Part shown: in pieces, positions 1 through 11,500 of the stretch
How positions within the stretch are numbered: position 1 is the first letter of the stretch
Layout: each line of letters starts with the position of its first letter
Assembly (NCBI GenBank): GCA_013265495.1
Contig: MU058718.1
Location: 868,001 to 932,000, forward strand
Source of the DNA: Vicugna vicugna
Lineage: Eukaryota
DNA length: 64,000 bases
Direction: 5' to 3'
Notes under the pieces: generated by a model
What the model saw: the letters and a program-made list of their open reading frames with translations, nothing else
The model's database searches: none
Told to the model about the DNA's origin: nothing
Made by a program: the position numbers and the translations under genes

Positions 1-1113
1 ACATTTTGAAAATGTCAGATAATTGCATAGAAAGGAAATAGAGATGTAGATACACTTTGAAACTAGCAAGTTGTTTTCCTTGGTACAACACTTTTCCCCT
101 CCAGTTATGTATTTATGAACAGTGTTCATGGAATATTATTGCTGTAGCACCAAGAGTGGCTCCTGTGGGTTCCACACACCTGTAGGAGGGTGGGCTTTCA
201 CTTTAAGTATGGCTCCATCATAGCAAGTGTGATATATTGAGCCCATTAAAATGACCTATATTTAAAAGTATGTATCTAATCTGTTTACATCATGTAACAC
301 AGATGTGCATCTCTCAGTAATCAGCTGTATAGTATAATTGTAAATCAGAAGTTTTAACAGCCAATATATTTTAGAACAACACTTTTCAAAGGGGAAAAAT
401 AAAAATATCAATATGTTGTCTAGCATTGTTCATGAGAGTACCCATATTTGGATACTGTTAATGTTAATCTCAAATAATTTAAGCTTTTTTGCTCAAACCA
501 GTCATTGATCTGCGGTGAGACCAGCAGCTAATGAATCTCTGGCACTAGTACTGTACAGCTCAGCAGATGGTTCTGAACTAATACTCGAGGGTGATGCCAA
601 GAGAGAAAATGTGATTCTATTTCTGGATATGTTGAATAGCTTTCTTAGAACAATTATTTTGATTAAAATTAAGAGTTCTAAAGCTAAATGTCTAAAAGGA
701 GTAAACAATTCTGTTGCTTGTTCTGCTTGGTTTTGGGAAAAAACCATGTAAGGTAACCTGTGGCGTTGGAAAGAAGGTTTTACCCTACATTAATTTTATT
801 AATGCACATTGTGGAAGATGTAGAGAACATCTTGACATGGAAAACAATGATAAGTTAACTTTTACCATACAGTGCTTTCCCTAAACATTTAAATTTCTTC
901 GGTTACCATGTTCGTGTAGAAAAACTTCTTGAATAATAAATGGATGACTAGGTAGACCTTAAAACTACTAAGGGAAACACAGAATGTAGTTAGCTGTCTG
1001 TGCTCATGGTTTGTTAACATCTAAATTAACCTTAATGGTGCTGTATCACTGTCCAAAGACAATGCGCTTATGTCATCCTGCCTTCTTAGAGCTTGCCTGC
1101 TTTATTTTGCTTT

Positions 1114-1160
1114 TGTACATTTAATAAAAACTGTCTCAAATGTTTCCTTGTGTACTTTAT
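1114..1160 (+). terminator. Poly(A) site of a convergent + strand transcript, probably the distal 3' end of CNIH1
   Basis: TGTA (1114-1117), AATAAA (1123-1128), CA at 1137-1138, then GU/U-rich TGTTTCCTTGTGTACTTT. Gene identity inferred only from conserved CDKN3/CNIH1 tail-to-tail synteny. Confidence 0.6.
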
Positions 1161-2030
1161 GGATGATAGTTGAGTCTGGGTGTTGATTCTATTTCAGCAA
1201 CTAACTGGCTTGTGTATGACCAGGACTCTAGCTGGTCTCTCTGCCTCCTCCCACCTCCCAACCCCATTGTTTTGAGGGCTGTCCTGCAGGTTGACCTGAG
1301 AAAATGCTTTTCCAAGAATGTTGGAATTACATTTTTATTAAACTTAATTGGACAATTATATTTGAGTAGTGACATCCCATGTTTCTTTGTTATAGAGTAA
1401 CTGATGTTCCTTCTTATACTAGGTATTAAAGTAGTTAAGCATGTTAAATGTGGAAGGCTTACTAGCACTTGGAGAGGAAATTAGAGATGCATGCATTCTG
1501 AAAATTCAGTTGATCATCAAAGGATTTGATTAGTCCATGTCGATATTTTTCCTCCATTTTCTTAAGTATTCATGAATAAGCTATATTTTTATATTGGGAG
1601 AAAGCTAATATAAGGTTTGGTAATGTCAGTTTCAATGACTATTTAAAGTTTAATGGAAAATTGTGATTTAAATTATATAATACCAAAATCATGAGGAAGG
1701 TCAACCTGTTATTGGAGCCTGTACTTTAAAAAAATAACTTCCTTGCCATAACTTTTGGCATTTACTATCTTGGTTAAGAAATCCATAGGGATATGTGATT
1801 CTTCCACCTTAAAAGCCTTCTAAAATCTTATGTTCTAAAAGCACTGTGTATATGAAAGTATTAAAAATACTGATTTTATATTATGGTACATGCTTGCTCT
1901 CTGGTCTGACAGTTCCAAATAGCAACTAGTAATTGTTTTAAAGTATTCCCTAATGAAATTACATTAGTTCACCAGAGCAAGAAGAGTGAGAGACAAAGTA
2001 AGACTTCTGGTAATTATATGATTAGTAACA

Positions 2031-2199
2031 CTACGTGGTGAAATTTACTTTGCCTTGTGTGGAAGTATCTCTGACCATTGGTGACATTTGTGATTGCCAA
2101 CTTTTGGTTACTTACATGGTTATTTAAAGACTATGTGTTGAAATTTACTTTGCCTTGTGTGGAAGTGCCTCTGACCATTGGTGACGTTTGTGATTACCA
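2031..2199. repeat. Direct duplication, two ~69-bp copies at 100-bp period
   Basis: 2031-2099 vs 2131-2199, 6 mismatches, no gaps. Confidence 0.95.
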
Positions 2200-2494
2200 G
2201 TAGCTAGAGAACCATGGGACTCTCTGTAGCTCTGAAACCATTGATGTCTCGTAAATAGGTGGGTCTGACTCACTGTATGAACTTTGTCTACAAATGACTG
2301 CTTTCGTTAGCTCAGTGTTGAATTTGAAGACAAAAAGACATGTTCAATAGCATAGAGTGAAGTGAAGGAGTGAGAAAATTGGAGATTGTTTATCTGTAGA
2401 AAAGTGCTTTATAAAATAAAAGTAAAAGAGGGATTAAATTCATCCCATGTAGTTCCTAGGGTGAAAAAATGAATACTCTAAAAAGAGAGCAGCT

Positions 2495-2617
2495 GTCTGA
2501 ACCAGTGAATTCCTCATCTGGGAGAATGTTCCAGCAAATGCTGGATAAACACCTATTGGGGATGATATGGCATTGGGAGGGAGGTGATGAGATGATTCAA
2601 GTTCTGTATGTCTATGA
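2495..2617 (+). mobile_element. Old MIR3/L3(CR1)-like 3' fragment
   Basis: gtgaattcctcatct...gttccagcaaatgctggata...ggggatg...gagatgatt...ctatga resembles the CR1/MIR3 3' end. Confidence 0.4.
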
Positions 2618-3038
2618 AGTAGAAGAAACAGAATTTTCAGAGGAATAGAGGGTAAGAGTTATTTAAATAATTTTTTTCATGGCTCATGCCAATTTTCATA
2701 TGTATTACTACGTCATATGCCACCCAGAAGCTACCAATAATAATATGAGGTTAAAGTGTGGTAAAAAGTAAAAATATGCAGTCAGGCATTTTTCCATATG
2801 CTTTTTTTCAGCATTACCTCCAAGTAAAATATACCAGAGCAGCTAGTGCATTTCTAAAAAGGAAAATTGTATAGCAATTTTTCTATCTCCTATAAGAGAT
2901 GAAAGAGACACAATAAAATTTGTCAATAAAAGCTTTAGGAATATCTGCACACATACATTTACATTCAATTTGATAACACTAGTAGTAATTTCATTTCAAT
3001 ACAGATTATGTTAGAGAACTCAAATTTTAGACATGGTC

Positions 3039-3056
3039 ATATATATATATATATAT
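3039..3056. repeat. (AT)9 microsatellite in CDKN3 3' UTR
   Basis: Direct read, 20 nt after the stop codon. Confidence 0.95.
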
Positions 3057-3076
3057 GCTATTTGGAATAATTATCT

Positions 3077-3163
3077 TTATCTAGATACAGATCTTGATAG
3101 TGAATCTCTTGATGATAGATGTGCAGCTAGTTTGTCCCGGAACTCATGAAGATAATTATATTG
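3077..3163 (-). CDS. CDKN3: CDKN3 exon 8 coding part (87 nt including TAA)
   Basis: tttttcag|CAATAT...[37 protein letters not shown]. Confidence 0.97.
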   Translation of the reverse strand, partial: QYNYLHEFRDKLAAHLSSRDSLSRSVSR

Positions 3164-5486
3164 CTGAAAAAAGTAAAGATATATTGAAATATTGTATAAA
3201 GCTAGTTAGAGAGTAGTCATGATACTAACAGGGATCAGGAATCAAAAAAATACTTGCTGAACAATTCTATATCCTTTTGGGTAAGACGGCATTTACTTAC
3301 AAAACCTATGGGGAAGTTTTATCTTTCAATAAAGCTACATACAGTGTGAAAACTATTGCTTTAAAAATCTCTAAAGATCAGAAGGTAGAATGAAATACAG
3401 AGGAATGTTTTATAAATCTGTAAAATCCTTCCTCCCTTTACCAGCAGGAGCAAGTAAGATTAAAAATAACCCACGAAGGCATTCTTTTTTGCTAATGTAT
3501 TTTTCCCCTGGGGAGTAAGTACAGGGGAGCAGGCACTTTTCTGCAGCAATTAACAGTAGTATATTCAAGAAAATCTATTTCTTAATTTACAGAAGCCTTA
3601 GTTTTCTGCTTTTTGTGATGATAATCTGTTTGGAACAATTTTCATAGTCAATATTAAAACCATTAATCTTAACAGATAAGCAAAATTAAAAAACCTTTAA
3701 ATAATTTATTTGGAGATTTAATAGCTCTCCAGAGGATATCCCTATTCTACCAGTAATCTCATTTATATTACTATCGTAAAGTTGAAACTGCACACTGCTA
3801 TTTACATCAGTGCAGAGATGCAAAAAGCACGTTTGCTGCAGAATGCTGAGGTGGTAAGTGGGCAGCCCATATCAATGTGGGCTTAATTCTCTCCCAAGAT
3901 TAAGCAGGTAAAACATGCACTACACATAAATATATATGTATGTTTGACCATGTATTTTGTTTTGTCTCAAAGAAAGACTTGAGAACATCTTGGAGAACAT
4001 CTTGAATTTGAAGCATCATTTGATTTTAAAAGACAGTATGGGAAGCTTCTCTGTTTTCAGAAACTGCTCCTCTGACTTAGTCCTAAAGCTGAGACCAGGC
4101 AGTTGGGAAAGGAAAGCAAGTTAGCTTTACAGATTTACAGATAAATAATATCCTTGGGGCAGTGCTTCGGCAGTGTTTTTGGTGTTCAAGGCAAAGTAAA
4201 TGTGAAAGACGTCACTTTGGTTATCCACAGCAAAGGATAATGAGCGTTGCTTTACATTTTTCATATGTCATTCATCTATCCTTGTTAAATGTTTTGGTGA
4301 TACAGTGATAGGGTCTTCATGAGGTCTTTTTGGTTAAAAGTACACCGAGGAAACTACCAAGTTTATAGTAACCATCTCATTTTTCTAGGTGAGATGACCC
4401 ATTCCCAGAACTGAATGGGCAAAAACTGAACAGTAGTGGATCCTAGAAGATTAAACTGGGAAATTCAAATTTTTTCATCATTTTGTTTGAAAACTGAACT
4501 TTTTCAGACATCCAGACATTTAAAAATGTAAATTAAAAAAATCAAAATATAAACAGGTGATATACGAATAATAGAATGCTTTGGATTTTCACTGCCCTTT
4601 TGATGATGTGTTACACTGTATTTGTAAGTCTGTCCCTGACCAGTCAGCATCCTTACCTTTATGGTCTGTATGGCCCCAGATCCTCTTAGGTCTCTCAGGC
4701 TGTCTATGGCTTGCTGTGGTGATACTGTGTCAGACAGGTAGAGGAGGAGACATGCAGCTACTAATAGAACATGAGAGAAAAATAGTATATTATGTACAAT
4801 TTGTTGTATTATTATAGTACATTATACATTAATGATAGGTTTACACTTAATTCACACTTCTGTTGGTGCAGAAGACTGAGTTTGGTGTAACTGTTCAAAA
4901 TGAATTAGAAGACTGAAGCCTTTTAGTTTGTACTTTTGACAGTTAAATTATGATTTAAATGACTGGTTGAATTAAAGTTTAACACTGCCTTTGTAGTTTT
5001 TTTTAACAGCTTTATTGAGTTATAATTCATATACCATGTAATTCATTCCAAGTGTACAATTTAGCGGATTTTACTGTATTCACAGGTATGTGCAGCCATC
5101 ACCAAAGTCAGTTTTAGAACATTTTCATCACCTCAAAAAGAAACGCTGTATGCTTTTATCATCATCCCCCATCACCCTGGCACTAAGCGACAATAGTCTA
5201 CCTTCTGTCTTTATGGATTTGCCTATTCCAGACATTTCATATACATAGAATCATATGTGATCTTCTGTGACTGGCTTCTTTCACTTGGCATAACGTGTTC
5301 AAGATTCATACATACTGTGGTGGGTGTCAATACTTCATTCCTTTGTATGGATGAATAATATTCCATTGTATGGGTATACATTTTGTTTATCCATTTGTCA
5401 GTTGATAGGAATTTAGGTTGTTTCCATATTTTGGCTGTTATGAATAATGCAGCTTTTTTCTTTCTTCCTCTTTCTTTCTTTTCTTT

Positions 5487-5546
<60 letters not shown>

Positions 5547-8500
5547 GTTATAGTTAGTTTACAATGTGTCAACTTCTGGTCTACAGCACAATTTTTCAGT
5601 TATACATGAACATATATATATATTCATTGTCACATGTTTTTTCACTGTGAGCTACTACAAGATCTTGAATATATTTCCCTGGGCTATACAGTATAAACTT
5701 GTTTATCTATTCTCTATATATTCCTGTCAGTATCTACAAATCTCTAACTATGAATAATGCAGCTTTAAGCATTCGTGTACAAGTTTTGTGTGGACATGTT
5801 TTCATTTCTTTTGGGTATATACCTAGGAGTGGATACATGGTTCATATGATAACTGTATGGTTAACTGTTTGAAGAAGTACTGCCGGGGATTTTCCAATTT
5901 CTCTACATCCTCACCAACGCTTGTTTTCTATTTTTTGGATAACAGCCATTCAGATGGGTATTATGTGGTATCTCATTGTGGTTTTGACTTGCATTTCTCT
6001 GATGACTTATGATGTTGAGCATCTTTTCGTGTGCTTATTGGTCATTTGTATATTTTGTTTGGAGAAATGTCTGTTCAGATTCTTTGCCCATTTTTTAATT
6101 GGGTTGTTTGTTTTTTTGAGTTGTAAGAATTCTTTATATAGTCTTGGTAAGTCCCTAGTTAGCTATATGGTTTAAAAATTTTTTTTCATCATTCTGTGGA
6201 TTGTCTTTTCATTTTGATAGTGTTACCGAAACAAATTCTGTAAGTTTGATACTTTCCAACCCTAAAAGGAGTAACTGTTACTCCCAACGTGGCAATTTAT
6301 TAACTTTCTTTTTCTAAACACATTTTTAAAAAGTTTAAACATACATAACTTTGGCTTTCATACTTATGTTACCCATGGATATTGTTTAGAAGTCAGTATC
6401 ATACATAATACCTGCATAGGGAGAACATTAGGAAATAAAACAAAACATAAGAATGTAGGTGCTAAGACTTGTAAATTATGTTTTGCAGAATCCACCAAAA
6501 CAGTCCTGAAAATACCTTCCACTCCCACCCAAGCTTTCCTAGGGAACACCAAATTTAGGGCTTTAAATAATCCTTTGGGTCTCGGTAGACGTATATTGTG
6601 TTTTGTTTCATTTTTATATAAAGTGAGCATATGGCCCAGAAACACAAATTTTCTTACTTTGAGGTTAAAAAAAATACTGAATAATGGAAATACATTTCTT
6701 ACCAAGACAAGATCTCCCAAGTCCTCCATAACAGCTGAAAGGGAAGTACAATTTTGAAGTTTGTACATTTTCATTGCATCCCAACAATTACAACTAAAGA
6801 CTTGCTCCTTCTGCCTTCTATTTCTACTCTAATACCTAGCACAGTGCCTTGTACCCAGAGATTTATATATATATATATATTTGATATATATATAAATCTA
6901 AAATATTTATATATAAATATATATATATATATTTGAATTAATCAGGTGCAAAGTGTGCTTTTTTATTTGTTGGGAGGTGCTCTGAACACCTCTAAGGGAC
7001 AAGGTAGGCAGGGCCTTTTCACTGATCTCTTTAAACATCTGAGGAGTGGAACATGTTACTAATTGGATAGAAATCAGACTACTTTTTACCAACTGCCACT
7101 TCATTTTTCTCTAAACAAAACCTCAGTGGCTATGGGACAAGCCTGCAGCTCTTCATTCGTCTAAGAGTACAGAGGCAGTGTCTCACAGGGGTTCAGAGCA
7201 TGGGCTTTTGAGCCTCACTGCCTGGGGCTGAATCCCGAATCTGTCATTTATTAGATGTGTGAACCTAAGTTATTTAACCTCTCTGGGCCTCGGCCTTTTC
7301 ACCTCTAAGATGGGGACAGCAGCAGTACCCATGTCATAGTGAGGACTAAAGGAGGTAACATTTGTAATGCTTACAACAGAGCTTGGCGCAGACTGAGAAG
7401 TAACTGAATGTCAGCTGCTCTTATGCAGCACTGTGAAGAAATGAGCAGTTCTGTAGAAGTGGATTTTCTAGAAAAATGAGGATTAATCCTCAAACCAATA
7501 AAACCATTTAAATCAGTTTCAAAGATCCTAAAAAAGTGTATTACATACTTCCTAACTTTCTTGGAGGGCATACTGATCCTAACTCCGTGCTGATGACATG
7601 AACATCAGTGCTGTAGTGTGGTCTAGATGGAGCTGGAGAAACATGTCTTGTGATTGATAACGAAGGGAGACAGAGGACCCAGCAGGTACTGATCCCTGGA
7701 GAATTCATGAGCTTGCTTTCTACAAAGTGTCCCAGCTGGAGGCCTGATTCAGAGATGAGGATCTACTAGTTAAAGGGAAAAGAGCGAGAACATTTTAGTG
7801 GCTTTCTGAAGATTAAGATATACCACTTTATATCTCTTGGTATCTTTATCTTTCCTCCTCTGTTTGATTGATTCCTACTCATCCTTCAAAACTTAGCTCA
7901 AATTTCATTCCTGAAATGGCCCTGTGCCTGCACAGGAACCACGGCCATCTTCTGTACTGCCTCGTATACATCTGTTCTGGTCTTACTACACTTAGTGATA
8001 GTGTTGTTAACTCTGGGTTCCTTGAGGGTGGGAACTGTGCCTCAGAGTGTGTTTTGTATTCACAATGTTTGGTTGGGTTGAACTATGTTCCCAGAAGGAT
8101 ATGTTCAGTCTTAGTCCCCGGTACTGTGAATGTAACCTTATTTGAAAATGGGGTCTTTACAGATGCAATCAAGTGAAGATGAGGTCATTAGGGTGGGCTC
8201 TAACCCAATATGCCTGTGTCTTTATATGAGGAAACATCATATGAAGTCACAGACACACAGGAAGAATCATGGGACAACAGAGGAGTGATGCTGCCCTGAG
8301 CCAAGGAACCTCAAGGACTGATGGCTGCCACCAGTAGCCGGGAAGAGGTGAGGAAGGAGGACTCTACCCAGAGCCTCAGAGGCAGTGTGGCCCTGCTGCC
8401 ACCTTGAGTTGGACTTCCAGTCTCCAGAACTGGGAGGGAATACATTTCTGTTTTTCAAGCTACCCAGTTTTTTAAAAATGGTACATTTTTACAACAGCCC

Positions 8501-11500
8501 TAGGAAATGGCATAATACAATAGGCAAGCAGTGTTCACTGATTTTATGAATAACAAAAATGTCCAGGGAAAACCAGGGAGATAGCACTGGTCGACAACAC
8601 AACAGAGGAAAAAACTAACCAGACCCTGTGTCTGAGGGATAAACTCAAGCGCTGTATGGCAATGGAAGCACTCAAAGATGGTAGAATGGAAAAAAAAAAT
8701 CATCTTTGTCCAAACAAACTTTAGTCACTGTGGGGACACCTTTGAAAGCTCTAGGACAATGAAAATTTCTAGTCATCAGATGCTTTATTTTATGGGAGCC
8801 TGAAGCATTCAGCATATGCAAGACTGCCCATCTACCTTTCCATCGTGTTTATAGTCAAACATCAAGAGCGTTTGGTTTCCTAGAACCTGCTGGAGTAGAA
8901 TGTGTTAAGCTTCTCCAGACTGAGCTAATTTGATCTCTAGTGATGTTTCAGTAGAGGCTGCTTTCAAAAAAAAAATTCCCATTTGAAAAAAAAGTCTCAG
9001 AACTGGTTTGAAAAGTGGGCCCCCAAATTATAAAATATTTAGTGGGGGAGGGTATAGCTCAAGTGCATGCACGAGGTCCTGGGTTCAATCCTCAGTACTT
9101 CCTCTAAGAATAAATAACGAAGTAAACCTAATTACCTCCCCCCACCAAAAAAGCAAAAATTATAAAATATTTTCCACTAGCTCCATCTAACTACTTAATG
9201 TTATTTTTTCTTAGTTTTATCAGGAAATTTAGCATAGACATTTGCGTTTATTCTAAAATTCTGCTTTTACAGTTAGTAGTTGGTGAAAGATCCTATTTTT
9301 CCATAGAGAAAGGTTGGAAACTGTAGAGCGTAGGATGAATCTCCTACTCGGCAGGCTGTAGTTCTCTATATCAGAGTTTAGTCTGGTCCAAACGGGTATG
9401 TGTCCCCAAAGACCCTTGTACAGTTGGTTTGCTTTCAGAACATGAACTATGGGCATGAAGCCCCTGAGCTCTAGGTGTAAGGAGAGAAGCTGGCTAGGCT
9501 TGCCCTTTTCCTAGGTGCTCTGAGACTACTTGGTTATTTGGTATAGTTTGTATACTTTCCAGCTCAAAGCAATGACCTTAGAGCTTTTGAGGTTTTACAC
9601 TATTTAACGCTCTATCTTGTTCCAGAAAGGATTAAGCAGATTAGGATACAAAAAACAATACGTGTAGAGAAGGACCAGTTTTCTCCCTGTGGCCTGTTCA
9701 CCTCTGCTCTGTGGACCTTGCTTCTGGCAGAACTATGGCTATTTCCCCAGCACCACCTGGAGTCTTTGCAACGCTACTGTCTACTGCTGATTGTCACTCT
9801 CTTCTTCCTTCCTCCAAGCTACTTTTTCCTTCTCTCATTTTTTTTCGTTTTAAACTTTCATAGCAGCAGCTTAGGTACAGCCACTGGCAAACAATGAGAG
9901 TCCCTCTTTCATTCCGGTAGCAAGTTCATATCATCAAATATACTTTGTAAGTCATGTTTTTAGGGTTGCTCATTGCTTTAGGGATGATTTCTTTGCTGCT
10001 AATTTTTAAAATTTTGACTTTCTTGCTGTTAGAAGCCTCTAAGCAAATGAAAGGCCAACTAATAGGCAAGGTGTTGCTACATAACAAGAAGGATGCCCCC
10101 ACCTTTTGGGGAAGGAGATGACCCCAAAATTATGAGTAAAGGTCTAAGACAAAAGGAAAGGGGAAAAAAAGCTTGTTACCCTATTCTAAACATTTCCAAA
10201 TCTACTCACTTATTGTCCTTACTCTTCAAAAGTCATAATGACAAATATCTGAGTGCTTGCTCTGTGCCAGGCACTGTGTTAGTACTTTTCATGCATCACC
10301 TCCTTTTAATCTTGCAACAAACTAGAAGGCAGGTATTAACTGCAGAAGGAAGCAATAATTCAAGAAATCATTTTGACTAGGACATTTCTCATGTCACGTA
10401 TGGAGAAAAGGAGAACGTACTGTATTAAGGTTTTTCGGTTATTTTTAAGGCAGATTTCAAGCTCCTCCATTATTTCACAGCAGCCGGCTATGTCAGGAGT
10501 CCCTCCATCTGGGATTGGATGATGATGAGTGATAATTCCGTACTTATGGTAGAGGTCCAAAAGGTTTGGAACTCTATATTTTGACAGTTCCCCTCTGGTG
10601 CAGAAAACAAATATGTCTTGTATACCATAGCTCTTTAGTTCTTCTGCCAATAGACCAACATACACAAGGACACACATGGACAGAACATTACAAGTTGAAA
10701 TACAGTCAGGAGGGAAAACATGGAGTTAAATTTCTTAGTTGAACAAAGCAAATAAATGATAATCTATTAAATTTGAAGTGTTTAGTGATGATCTAAAACA
10801 ACACTGATTCAGTTTCAAACTAACGTAAAAACCAAGTCACTAAGCACAAAATAGGAATTAGAAACATCTGAACCAAAAGGTGATTAAAATTAAACCTGAC
10901 TTCAAAATGCTTTTTACTGGATTTTAAGATGTCAGTTATACTGCTGTTCTTGAAAAAAATTTTTTTACAATAAATACTGCTTTAAATTTTAAAACACCTA
11001 ATATTTCAAAATAAACTCCTGAGAAGGAAGGATAGCACATTTTTTCCCCCTGTTTTCGTCTCATCAGATCAACCATGTTTGCTACGTTCAAGGTTCTGTT
11101 ATTTTGGTTTACCCTCCGCTTTGTGTACAAAACCTCCAGCATCACTATGGTCATCTTGTACTCTTGCTTATATTTGTGCTGTACCGTACCGTTATGGATT
11201 TAATTTTGTGGACTAGGTTTCTAGGAAGTAAAGCATTTACTGCATTAGAATCATGTGACTTAGCTAATTTCAGCATAATGATATGAACCAAGTGATTGTA
11301 CTGTAGGCCATTCTATTCCATGGCAATAGTCACGACAGAGCATTTCGTTCAAAATGAATAATTCTGGCTGATCTGAGCCCCCTTTCTCTCTCTGCACCCC
11401 TTAAATTCAAGGACATTTATCTATTTAAGTACAAAGTACCTTTCATCATGACCCTCCAGACCTGAACCTGAAATATGGCTAGTCCAAATTCAGATGTATT

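Noticed and set aside
2031..2199. Repeat-spacer-repeat pattern resembling CRISPR
   Set aside because: Only two long diverged copies in mammalian DNA, no cas genes
3981..4004. 12-bp tandem duplication GAGAACATCTTG x2
   Set aside because: Ordinary slippage duplication in an intron
6364..6774. 136-aa minus-strand ORF
   Set aside because: Overlaps exon 6 in the wrong frame; the remainder is intron with no recognisable protein features
9041..9110. tRNA-like A/B boxes (also at 18.8 and 27.3 kb)
   Set aside because: SINE heads with AT-rich tails and TSDs, not tRNA genes
10360..10677. 105-aa ORF as a stand-alone gene
   Set aside because: It is CDKN3 exon 5 plus intronic read-through on both sides
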